Part shown: piece by piece, positions 40,054-48,701 of the stretch | Layout of the letters: every line of letters begins with the position of its first letter | Numbering within the stretch: the stretch's first letter is position 1 | Source: Acutalibacteraceae bacterium | Lineage (GTDB): Bacteria > Bacillota > Clostridia > Oscillospirales > Acutalibacteraceae | NCBI GenBank assembly: GCA_045660965.1 | Contig: JAZRES010000004.1 | Location: forward strand, 6,396 to 70,395 | Length of the DNA: 64,000 bases | Direction of reading: 5' to 3' | The notes under the pieces: model-generated | What the model was told of the DNA's origin: nothing | What the model saw: only the letters and a program-made list of their open reading frames with translations | Database searches by the model: none | Translations under genes and position numbers: made by a program

Positions 40054-41607
40054 ATGAAAACAGCAAAGTCCAGTCGCGTAATGAGCCTGCTGGCCCTGTT
40101 GCTCGTTGCCGCTATGATGCTGACTATGGTCGGCTGCGGTGGCAAGACTGAGGAGCCCGCTGCTAATGGCGACGTATCCACCACCACTGAGGCCACTACC
40201 GAGGCCACCACTGAGGCTTCCACTGAGGCTTCTACTGAGGCTTCCACTGAGGCTTCTACCGAGGCTTCTACCACTACTACTCAGGCTGCTTCCACCACCA
40301 CCGGTGCCGGCCTGCGTCAGACCACTACCACCACCACCACTACCGGTGCTACTACCACCACCACTACCATGGCTGCTGGTAAGAACGTGCTGGAGATGGT
40401 TCCCGCTTCCCTGAAGGGCACCAAGGTCAAGATGCTGATCTGGTGGACCAAGGCTAGCGACGACGACGATAAGGCTAAGGCCTTTAAGGATGCTACCGGT
40501 ATCGAGGTTTCTTACGAGACCGCTGCAATGGATAAGTATCAGACCAACCTGTCTGCTAAGGTTATGGCTCAGAACTCTCCCTCCATTGCCGCTATCATCA
40601 ACGAGTGGTATCCCCAGCCCATCACCCGTGGCTTGATGCAGTCCCTGAAGGGCATGAAGATCGAGGGTGGCCTGGACTTCACCGATGGCGACGTATTCGC
40701 TCTGAGCCTGATGGATCAGTTCGGCTACAAGGGTGAGCACTTCGGTCTGAACCTGAAGACCTCCACCAACTGTACTTTCCACGTGATGTTCTTCAACAAG
40801 GACATCCTGAAGAGCAAGGGCGTTAAGGAAGATCCCTATCAGCTGTGGAAGGCTGGTAAGTGGAACTGGGATTCCTGCCTGGAGATTGCTAAGAAGTGTA
40901 CCGATGCTAAGCGCGGCCTGTCCGGTCTGACCAACGTTGGTCAGTACGTCTGGATGCTGTCCGCCGGTGAGGACTATGTTAAGTCCACCAAGGCTGGTCT
41001 GAAGAGCAACATCAACGCTTCCGGCGTTCTGAACGCTTGGAACTGGAACTGGGATATGATCAACACTCACAAGGTTGTTGATACCTCCTTCACCGGTCAG
41101 ACCCCCTTCTTCCAGGGCAAGGCTGCTATGCTGGGCGCTGGTTCCTACATGATGCAGGCTGAGGCTAGCCGCACCAACTACGTTCCCCAGAACATGAAGG
41201 ACGACTGGAGCGTCGTTCCCTTCCCCTCTCCCAAGGGCAAGACCATCGCTGCTGCTGACGGTACCGTTTGGGGCTTCCCCACTCGCGTATCCGGCAACAC
41301 TCTGTCTGCTGCCGCTTGGTACCTGCGTTACTATCTGGACGAGTTCAACATCCCCGCCATCAAGGCTAAGTTCTATGATTCCAAGCATCCCGAGTGCTGG
41401 GAGATCATGGACTGGATGTGGGATCAGACCATCCAGTCTTACAACTCCGTTGGTGTTCTGACCTACGGCGGTGAGTACGATGCTTACTCCATCCAGTACT
41501 CTCTGCTGGACGAGGCCGACACCAAGGCTAAGATTAAGACCAACCTGGATTCCTGGACCTCCGTTCTGGAGTCTAACATCGCTAAGATCGAGAGCGAGTT
41601 GGGCTAA
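40054..41607 (+). CDS. Extracellular sugar ABC solute-binding lipoprotein with a long Thr/Glu/Ala repeat linker (no adjacent permeases)
   Basis: Lipobox TMVGCGG, then (TEA[TS])n and poly-Thr, then a family-1 SBP body (KVKMLIWWTKASDD...). Confidence 0.85.
   Translation: MKTAKSSRVMSLLALLLVAAMMLTMVGCGGKTEEPAANGDVSTTTEATTEATTEASTEASTEASTEASTEASTTTTQAASTTTGAGLRQTTTTTTTTGATTTTTTMAAGKNVLEMVPASLKGTKVKMLIWWTKASDDDDKAKAFKDATGIEVSYETAAMDKYQTNLSAKVMAQNSPSIAAIINEWYPQPITRGLMQSLKGMKIEGGLDFTDGDVFALSLMDQFGYKGEHFGLNLKTSTNCTFHVMFFNKDILKSKGVKEDPYQLWKAGKWNWDSCLEIAKKCTDAKRGLSGLTNVGQYVWMLSAGEDYVKSTKAGLKSNINASGVLNAWNWNWDMINTHKVVDTSFTGQTPFFQGKAAMLGAGSYMMQAEASRTNYVPQNMKDDWSVVPFPSPKGKTIAAADGTVWGFPTRVSGNTLSAAAWYLRYYLDEFNIPAIKAKFYDSKHPECWEIMDWMWDQTIQSYNSVGVLTYGGEYDAYSIQYSLLDEADTKAKIKTNLDSWTSVLESNIAKIESELG
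40186..40269 (+). repeat. Seven tandem 12-bp coding repeats (ACYGAGGCYWCY) encoding (TEA[TS])7
   Basis: Direct reading: actgaggccact accgaggccacc actgaggcttcc actgaggcttct actgaggcttcc actgaggcttct accgaggcttct. Confidence 0.9.
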
Positions 41608-41697
41608 TCTCCGACAGACTGTTCATAAACGAGTGATTTAAGCTCCCGGCGGGACCCCGGATTTGCCGAGGTCCCGCTTTGGGATAATTAAGAAAGG

Positions 41698-43767
41698 ATG
41701 AGTGAGATGAGTAGAACCACTTTTAAGGTAATACTGCCCATTCTGTGCTCAATTGCCTTGCTGTTCAGTGTTGTGGGTACCGTGATGGTATCCGGTGGCG
41801 GCGCTACCGTCCAGACCTGGCGCGATGACGTCAACGGTGTAGAGAAGATTCTGCAGCGTGACGGTTACATCGAGGGTATCTGGTATCCCTGGTTCCGTCA
41901 CTCTTGGTTGGGTCACTGCCTGACCGGTAACGATATGGCTGCTGAAGTTTTGGGCAGCGACAACTGGATGCAGGTTGGTATCGATCAGTACGGCGAGATC
42001 AACATCTACCGTGAGATCTACAACCTGAAGGCTTTGGGCTTCAACATCCTGGGCTATGAGGGTTCTCCCTATGGCGAGGGTGTCATCTATGACAAGAACG
42101 GCGACGTTCTGGGCATCAAAGAGGAGTACATCAAAAACGTACGCCGTCTGCTGGACATCTGTAAAGAGGTCGGTATGCCGGTTCTGTGGAGTGTTTGCTT
42201 CCACACCTCTTCTTTCAACGAGGTTATCGGCGATAACCCCAAGAACAAGATGGTTTGGGACCGTGTAGCTCAGGCTTACGGTAACCCCGAGGTGGCTGAC
42301 CATTACGCCGAGCGTTATGTTAAGCCCCTGTGCAAGGTGCTGGCTGAGTACCCTGAGACCGTTATTATGATTTCTTCCGGTGTTGAGCTGGAGAACGAGA
42401 TCAACGATAGTGATATCGGTAACCACTTCGATATGCGTGAGACCTACGGCGTAACCAAAGACGATATGCTGTACTTCATGAAAGCGATTACCGATACCGT
42501 GCGCAAGGAATTGCCCCACGTATCTATCACCAACTCCGGTAACGCTTCCGATATGACCTGGTACGAGGACCTGGATTTCGATTTTGTGGGCCGTAACCAG
42601 TACACCGTTAGCGCTACTCCTCAGCGCATCGACGAGATGCGTGCCACCGCTCCCATCATCGCTACCGAGTTCGGTCTGGGCGATGGCGTTGTGGTGGATG
42701 ACGAACTGTGGACCATTAAGCAGGTTCAGTTCCGTGATAACTTCATCAACGAGGGTTATACCGGCTGGATGTATTGGTGCTGGTCCAACCAGGGCTACGG
42801 CGGTGTCTACGACCTGCTGACCGCTGGTGGTAAGTCCACTACCGATTTCCGCGCCGGTGCTTACACCATTCACTACTATGCCGAGTCCTATCGTGCCGCA
42901 CACCGTGGCGAGGACGTGATCCTGGATAAGAACGTGCTGTTCTGTAACAAGGGTTCCGGTACGGTAGAGTGGATCTCTTCCCGTCAGGCCACTTCCTTGA
43001 GCATTCTCCGTTCTCTGGACGGCGGTAAGACCTGGAAGACCCTGAAGAAGGGTATGGATCCCTATGAGTACGAGGTAAACTTCAAGGGCACCTATATTGA
43101 CGAGGAAGTTGCCAATATGCAGCCCGACGGCACCACCGTTATGTATAAGATGATCGCTTATGACGATGATGGTAACGTAGCCGAGTCCGATCCCACCAAC
43201 GAGGCCGTTGTTACCGGTCCTCCTGTCAACCTGTTCGCTAACTACAACTGCGACTTCGAGGATGGCCTGGAAGGCTGGACCGAGTTCGGTACCAATGGTG
43301 AGGGCGGTAACTACACCGCTAAGGTTATCGAGGTTAAGGATGCTCCCAGTGGCAAGAAGGTTCTGGAGTTCAAGAAGAATTCCGGCGGCGGCGACTGGTC
43401 CGGTATCCACCTGGATGGTGTTGACGTTAAGCCCAACACCTCTTACAAGATCGTGCTGAAGTACAAGATCGCTCCCGATGCTGAGTTTGAGTATGACGAG
43501 TCCGATGAGGTTAACAAGATGTCCGGTTACCTGTTCCTGCGCTATCAGAATTCTAAGGGCGAGGGTACCGGTCTGGGTGACCTCTACGACGAGTCCGAGA
43601 CCGCTCTGTATATGCTGCGTGGTAGCAAGAACGAGTGGAGAGAGGACAGCGCCATCTTCAAGACTAACGCAAGTGGCAAGCTGGGTCTGGACTTCCGTGC
43701 AGTTAGCTATCTGGGCGTTCCCGTACACTACTACATCGACAGCATCGAGCTGTATGAGATTATTTAA
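41698..43767 (+). CDS. Secreted clan GH-A (GH5-like) hydrolase + Fn3-like domain + CBM4_9-like module (cassette 3 enzyme)
   Basis: N-terminal signal/anchor. DGYIEGIWYPWFRHSWLG; acid/base VELENEINDSD; nucleophile IIATEFGLGD. C-terminal NLFANYNCDFEDGLEGW...YIDSIELYE. Confidence 0.8.
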   Translation: MSEMSRTTFKVILPILCSIALLFSVVGTVMVSGGGATVQTWRDDVNGVEKILQRDGYIEGIWYPWFRHSWLGHCLTGNDMAAEVLGSDNWMQVGIDQYGEINIYREIYNLKALGFNILGYEGSPYGEGVIYDKNGDVLGIKEEYIKNVRRLLDICKEVGMPVLWSVCFHTSSFNEVIGDNPKNKMVWDRVAQAYGNPEVADHYAERYVKPLCKVLAEYPETVIMISSGVELENEINDSDIGNHFDMRETYGVTKDDMLYFMKAITDTVRKELPHVSITNSGNASDMTWYEDLDFDFVGRNQYTVSATPQRIDEMRATAPIIATEFGLGDGVVVDDELWTIKQVQFRDNFINEGYTGWMYWCWSNQGYGGVYDLLTAGGKSTTDFRAGAYTIHYYAESYRAAHRGEDVILDKNVLFCNKGSGTVEWISSRQATSLSILRSLDGGKTWKTLKKGMDPYEYEVNFKGTYIDEEVANMQPDGTTVMYKMIAYDDDGNVAESDPTNEAVVTGPPVNLFANYNCDFEDGLEGWTEFGTNGEGGNYTAKVIEVKDAPSGKKVLEFKKNSGGGDWSGIHLDGVDVKPNTSYKIVLKYKIAPDAEFEYDESDEVNKMSGYLFLRYQNSKGEGTGLGDLYDESETALYMLRGSKNEWREDSAIFKTNASGKLGLDFRAVSYLGVPVHYYIDSIELYEII

Positions 43768-43782
43768 GGAGGTGGAGAGAAT

Positions 43783-46700
43783 ATGTTTATGAAGAATATG
43801 AAAAAAGCATTGGCTCTCCTGGCCTCTCTGCTGATTCTCTGCACCTTGATCCCTGTTGGTGCTTTGCTGAACGCTAACGCTGACGTGGACAATATAATTG
43901 TCAACGGTAGCTTTGAAGATGGTGAGAGCAACTGGGTATTCAATAGTGGCTCTCACGAGATCGTCACCGATGCCAAAGACGGCGAAAAGGCTCTGTCTTT
44001 GACCAATCCCTCCTACTATGGCGAGGCTGCTTTGCAGACCGTCACCTTGGAGGCTAACGCCGATTATAAGATCGTCTGGTATTCCAAGCGTGTAGCTGGT
44101 ACCGGTGCTTTCAACCTGATTGTTTGCGGCACTGAATCTCCTTGGCCGAATGCTGACATTGTTAGCGGCAAGAACTGGATGAACGAGACCTCAGGTAATT
44201 GGGTTAAGAATGAGATTGTAATCAAAACCAAGGATGTAACTAGTTACTTCATCAAGTTGACCTCTGAAGCTGCCGGTGATGCCGGCACCATTCTGCTGGA
44301 TAACTTCGTTATGACCAAGATTGGTGGCGGTTCCGGTAATGAGCCTGTTTCCAGCAATCTGGTTACCAATGGTGACTTTGAGACTGGTAACACCGATGGC
44401 TGGGAGACTTGGCAGTCTACTAAGGTGGATGCCGACTCCGCTCACGACGGTTCTTATGGTGCTCACCTGATCGGTAATGGTAGCTGGAATGGTTTGCTGA
44501 ACCAGACCATCCCCGCCACCGCCGGTAAGAAGTATGAGATTACCGTTTGGGTTAAGGTTATCAAGAATGGCGTCAACGTTCAGATTAAGGATGGCAATAG
44601 CAGCGCTGCTGTGCTGGATAAGGCTACTATCTTTGCTGTTGACGCTTCCGACTGGACTAAGAAAACCTTTACTGTCACTCCTTCCGGCAACGCTATTTTC
44701 CTGAACTTTAGCGGTATTGGCGGTTCCGGTGAGGCTGACGCCAGCAAGGCTGAAGAGGCTTATTTGGACGATATCACCGTTTGTGAGGTGACTACTCCTG
44801 ATGTGCCTGTTTCCGAAAACTTGGTTGTCAACGGTGACTTTGAGACCGGTAACACCGATGGCTGGGAGACTTGGCAGTCTACTAAGGTAGATGCCGACTC
44901 CGCTCACGACGGTTCTTATGGTGCTCACCTGATCGGTAATGGTAGCTGGAACGGTTTGATGAACCAGACCATCCCCGCCACCGCCGGTAAGAAATATGAG
45001 ATTACCATTTGGGTTAAGGTTATCAAGAACGGCGTCAACATCCAGATTAAGGATGGCAATAGCAGCGCCGCTGTGCTGGATAAGGCTACCGTTTTTGCAG
45101 CGGATGCTTCCAATTGGACTAAGAAAACCTTTAAGGTTACTCCCACCGGCAACGCCATCTTCCTGAACTTCAGTGGTATTGGCGGTTCCGGCGAGGCAGA
45201 TGCCAGCAAGGCCGAAGAGGCTTATTTGGATGATATCACTGTCTACGAAACCAATGGTACTCCCGACGAGCCTGATCAGCCTGATGAGCCCGACAACCCC
45301 GTTAATCCTCCCGTAGGACCTTCTGCTAGCTTGGTTAACGGTAACTTCGAGACCGGCGATAGCACCGGTTGGGAGACTTGGCAGTCTAGCAAGATTACCA
45401 AGAGCGCCAAGCACAAGGGTTCCTATGGTGCTCACCTGGTTGGTGGCGGTACCTATGGTGGTTTGATCAACCAGAGTATCGTTGCTAAGCCCGGTACCAG
45501 CTATGAGATCACCTTCTGGGTTAAGGTTAATGCCAATGGTATTAACTTCCAGGTTAAAGATGGCGATGGCAATGGCAAGGTGCTGGCAGGCGAATGGATT
45601 GAAAAGAAGGCTGCCGAAAAGTGGACTCAGAAGAGCTTTATTGTTACTCCCGCTACTGAGGCAATTTACATCAACTTCTGTGGCGCCGGTAACAACATTG
45701 CCGAAGATGCTTATGTGGATGACATCACCGTTACCGCACTGAAAAAGGCATCTTTCGATGGCTACATCACCAACGGTGACTTTGAGACCGGTAAGACGGA
45801 TGGCTGGGAGAACCTGTGGAACAGCAACACCGTAACCATCGTTGACGGTTACGAGAGTGATAACGCTGTTAAGGTTGAGGCCAAAGAGTATACCCACTTC
45901 CGTCAGAAGGTTAAGGTTGAGCCTAAGACCGACTACGTTGTTTGGGTAATGCACAAGTCCTCCAGCAAGATGGCCCTGCTGGTTAAGGACGGCGGCGATA
46001 GCGTTAATATTGCACAGTCTGTTTTGGCTTCCGGTGCCAACTGGGCATTTACCTCTATGGAGTTCAACTCCGGTGACTACACCGAGATTTACTTGAGCGT
46101 TATGGGTAATGACGCTGTTGCTGGCGGTATCTATGATAACTTCCAGATGTTCAAGAAGGGCGACGAGCCCGAAGAACCCGAGATTCCCGATGGCCCCGAC
46201 GTTCCCGTCTATGGCGAGTTCAAGAACGGTGACTTCGAGAAGGGTGACGAGGGCTGGACTCTGAACAAGAGCTTTGCCAGCATCGTAAGTAAAGATGCCC
46301 GCAATGGCAAAAAGGCTTTGAAGTTGGATAACCCCACTGCTTGGGCTGAGGCTGCTCTGCAGACCTTTGACGTTTCCAAGAACAGCACTTACGTGATTAC
46401 TTGGTACGCCAAGCGCGTATCCGGCACTGGTCCCTTCAACCTGATTCTGATGAATGATTCTGACGTGAACTACTCTTGTGACGGTCAGAACTGGATGAAC
46501 GAGACCTCCGGCGATTGGGTTAAGTATGAGGTGATCATCAACACCGAAAAGAATGCGGCTGTTAAGTTTAAGTTCACCTCTGAAAAGGCTAACTCCGGCG
46601 TTATCTTGATCGATGACATCACCGTGACCAAAGAGGGCGACGAGCCCGGTCCTGCCGATGGCAACCTGATCAAGAACGGTAGCTTCGAGAATGGTAAGGA

Positions 46701-48585
46701 CGATTGGAACTGGTTTGGCAAGACCGACCTGTCCAAGGATTCTTTCATCGGTGAAGCTTCTGCTAAGCTGGACTTTGACAAGGCTTATGGCGAGGCTCTG
46801 ACCCAGGTGGTCAAGATTGAGCCTAACACCGAGTACGTGATCATTTGGCACACTCGTCGTGTGTCCGGTGCCGGTGCTTGGGATATGTTCCTGATGGACT
46901 ACGATACCATCAACAAGACCAATGAGAACATTGATCCCACCGAGGGTCAGAAGTGGTTCAGCCAGACCGATAAGGAGTGGCAGGAGCATCGTCTTACCTT
47001 CAAGTCTGGAAAGACTACCAAGCTGTTCATCAAGTTTGGTCCCGAGGCCGACGATGCCGGCGTATTCCTGCTGGACGAGGTTGCCATGTACGTTAAGGGC
47101 ACCGAGCCTACCGATCCCGTGGTTCCTCCCGAGCCGCCTAAGACCTCTATGTACATGACTTCTTATGGTGTGGTAAACAACCGTCCCATCAATGCCGATA
47201 GCAACCTGCTGTACAACGCCAGCTTCGAGAACGCTAAGGGCGGTCAGTGGCAGGATGGCTTCACCGGCAAGACTGTGTCTGTTGTGAACGATAAGACCAC
47301 CAAGTTCGGTAAAAAGAGTCTGTATTTCAACACCTCCGGTAAGAAAGAGCAGACCAAACTGGTCTTCTGGCTGGAGCTGGAGGCTGATACCTCTTACGTA
47401 TTCTCCACCTGGCTGAAGGGTAAGTACCTGTCTGACAAGAACATCGGTGATGCAACCATCGGTGTTGTGGACGATAGCGGTGCTTATCTGGAGATGGACG
47501 GCTACGCCATTCTGAATGGTGAGCGCCAGATCGTTCCCACCGCTTGGGATGACGATTGGCACCTGCGTAGCATCGAGTTCAATACCGGTAGCAACACCAA
47601 GGTTGGTATTGCCATCAGCGGTATCGATTCTCAGATGTACATCGACGATATGGCTCTGTTTGCCGTTGGTCAGGGTACCAAGTATATGTCCGAGAATATG
47701 AAGGGTTCTATCAACCTGAGCTATTCTATGGACTACTATGCTTGCGCTAACAAGGATTCTTTGATTCCCGATCCCAACTTCAATACCAAGGATAAGTCCG
47801 GTTTCTGGGCTGACAGCTACGGCTGGAGAAATGGTGTTCTGTCCTTTGTTGACAACAAGTATGAGTATGGCACTTCTATGAAGTACACCGCTTCTGATAG
47901 CCGTGCCGCTCTGTCCACCATTAAGTGGATCAGCGTTGAGAAGGATACCCAGTATGTATTCGTTGTAGACCTGAAGATTCTGCAGGATGGTTTTGGTAAG
48001 CTGGTTCTGTTCGACGATAAGTTGAAGGATAAGCTCAACTTCCTGGAGATCAGCTTCGACTCTTACGACTACAACGAGGAGAACAGTAGAGACGGTTGGT
48101 ACACCATTGGTACCAGCTTCAACACCGGTGTGTACGATCGCATTGGTATCGCTATCGTAGACGATGGCGGTGAGGTCCTGCTGGACAACATGCGTTTGTT
48201 CAAGGAGTCTGATGGTGCCGACGTGAACGATAAGTTCATCCCGTTGCCCACCACCACGACTACTACCGAGCCCACCGAGGCTCCTACCGAGGCTCCCACC
48301 GAGGCTCCTACCGAGGCTCCCACCGAGCCCTACTACCCGCTGGAGGAGCCCACCGAGACCGAGCCTGTAACGGTTCCCACCGAGGTGACCACTACTACTG
48401 TGGCTCCCACCGAGGCTCCCACCGAGCCCACTCAGCCCGTTGAAGAGGGCAACGATGTATTCGCCACGGTTATGCTGTGGGTTGGCATCGGTGCTGGTAC
48501 GGCTGCTGTGTTGGCAGGCGGTGGTGTTGGCGCAATGGTGCTGATCAAAAAGCGCAAAAAAGCCAGTGCCACTCCCGAGGAATAA
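43783..48585 (+). CDS. 1600-aa cell-surface protein: signal peptide, ~9 CBM4_9-like modules, Pro/Thr/Glu/Ala linker, C-terminal TM tail anchor (cassette 3 partner)
   Basis: Module starts: NIIVNGSFEDGESNW, NLVTNGDFETGNTDGW, NLVVNGDFETGNTDGW, SLVNGNFETGDSTGW, GYITNGDFETGKTDGW, GEFKNGDFEKGDEGW, NLIKNGSFENGKDDW, NLLYNASFENAKGGQW, SLIPDPNFNTKDKSGFW. Then (TEAP)n, then VMLWVGIGAGTAAVLAGGGVGAMVLIKKRKK. Confidence 0.85.
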   Translation: MFMKNMKKALALLASLLILCTLIPVGALLNANADVDNIIVNGSFEDGESNWVFNSGSHEIVTDAKDGEKALSLTNPSYYGEAALQTVTLEANADYKIVWYSKRVAGTGAFNLIVCGTESPWPNADIVSGKNWMNETSGNWVKNEIVIKTKDVTSYFIKLTSEAAGDAGTILLDNFVMTKIGGGSGNEPVSSNLVTNGDFETGNTDGWETWQSTKVDADSAHDGSYGAHLIGNGSWNGLLNQTIPATAGKKYEITVWVKVIKNGVNVQIKDGNSSAAVLDKATIFAVDASDWTKKTFTVTPSGNAIFLNFSGIGGSGEADASKAEEAYLDDITVCEVTTPDVPVSENLVVNGDFETGNTDGWETWQSTKVDADSAHDGSYGAHLIGNGSWNGLMNQTIPATAGKKYEITIWVKVIKNGVNIQIKDGNSSAAVLDKATVFAADASNWTKKTFKVTPTGNAIFLNFSGIGGSGEADASKAEEAYLDDITVYETNGTPDEPDQPDEPDNPVNPPVGPSASLVNGNFETGDSTGWETWQSSKITKSAKHKGSYGAHLVGGGTYGGLINQSIVAKPGTSYEITFWVKVNANGINFQVKDGDGNGKVLAGEWIEKKAAEKWTQKSFIVTPATEAIYINFCGAGNNIAEDAYVDDITVTALKKASFDGYITNGDFETGKTDGWENLWNSNTVTIVDGYESDNAVKVEAKEYTHFRQKVKVEPKTDYVVWVMHKSSSKMALLVKDGGDSVNIAQSVLASGANWAFTSMEFNSGDYTEIYLSVMGNDAVAGGIYDNFQMFKKGDEPEEPEIPDGPDVPVYGEFKNGDFEKGDEGWTLNKSFASIVSKDARNGKKALKLDNPTAWAEAALQTFDVSKNSTYVITWYAKRVSGTGPFNLILMNDSDVNYSCDGQNWMNETSGDWVKYEVIINTEKNAAVKFKFTSEKANSGVILIDDITVTKEGDEPGPADGNLIKNGSFENGKDDWNWFGKTDLSKDSFIGEASAKLDFDKAYGEALTQVVKIEPNTEYVIIWHTRRVSGAGAWDMFLMDYDTINKTNENIDPTEGQKWFSQTDKEWQEHRLTFKSGKTTKLFIKFGPEADDAGVFLLDEVAMYVKGTEPTDPVVPPEPPKTSMYMTSYGVVNNRPINADSNLLYNASFENAKGGQWQDGFTGKTVSVVNDKTTKFGKKSLYFNTSGKKEQTKLVFWLELEADTSYVFSTWLKGKYLSDKNIGDATIGVVDDSGAYLEMDGYAILNGERQIVPTAWDDDWHLRSIEFNTGSNTKVGIAISGIDSQMYIDDMALFAVGQGTKYMSENMKGSINLSYSMDYYACANKDSLIPDPNFNTKDKSGFWADSYGWRNGVLSFVDNKYEYGTSMKYTASDSRAALSTIKWISVEKDTQYVFVVDLKILQDGFGKLVLFDDKLKDKLNFLEISFDSYDYNEENSRDGWYTIGTSFNTGVYDRIGIAIVDDGGEVLLDNMRLFKESDGADVNDKFIPLPTTTTTTEPTEAPTEAPTEAPTEAPTEPYYPLEEPTETEPVTVPTEVTTTTVAPTEAPTEPTQPVEEGNDVFATVMLWVGIGAGTAAVLAGGGVGAMVLIKKRKKASATPEE
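44353..45276 (+). repeat. Two-copy tandem duplication, period 462 bp (154 codons), inside the 1600-aa gene
   Basis: GGTGACTTTGAG starts at 44371 and again at 44833. Hand alignment of ~420 nt gives ~38 mismatches, including a ~125-nt stretch with only 2. Confidence 0.88.
48265..48330 (+). repeat. Tandem 12-bp coding repeats (ACCGAGGCTCCY) encoding (TEAP)n linker
   Basis: accgagccc accgaggctcct accgaggctccc accgaggctcct accgaggctccc accgagccc. Confidence 0.85.
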
Positions 48586-48602
48586 TCCTTGATTCGGTTC
48601 TA

Positions 48603-48635
48603 AAAAATCCCCCGGTCATTTGACCCGGGGATTTT
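48603..48635 (+). terminator. Rho-independent terminator after the 1600-aa gene
   Basis: aaaaatcccccggtc-attt-gacccggggatttt. Confidence 0.7.
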
Positions 48636-48664
48636 CCCTTTGAAACAATTTGTTTATAAGATGC

Positions 48665-48699
48665 AAAAGGCTCCTATCCCTTAGGATAGGATCCTTTTT
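48665..48699 (-). terminator. Terminator for the minus-strand AraC gene
   Basis: aaaaggctcctatcc-ctta-ggataggatccttttt, a palindrome with flanking A/T tracts. Confidence 0.65.
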
Positions 48700-48701
48700 A
48701 A

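Noticed and set aside
40186-40369. Short tandem repeats here and at 48265-48330 were considered as CRISPR-like or non-coding VNTR arrays.
   Set aside because: The period is 12 bp with no spacers, and the repeats are in-frame inside long ORFs encoding T-E-A-x linkers. They are coding microsatellite-type repeats, not CRISPR.
41649-41681. Hairpin gcgggacc-N12-ggtcccgc between the orphan SBP gene and the cassette-3 hydrolase, considered as a terminator or attenuator.
   Set aside because: The stem is GC-rich but is followed only by TTTGGG, a very short U-tract. It may be a partial terminator or processing site, but it is not supportable without transcript data.
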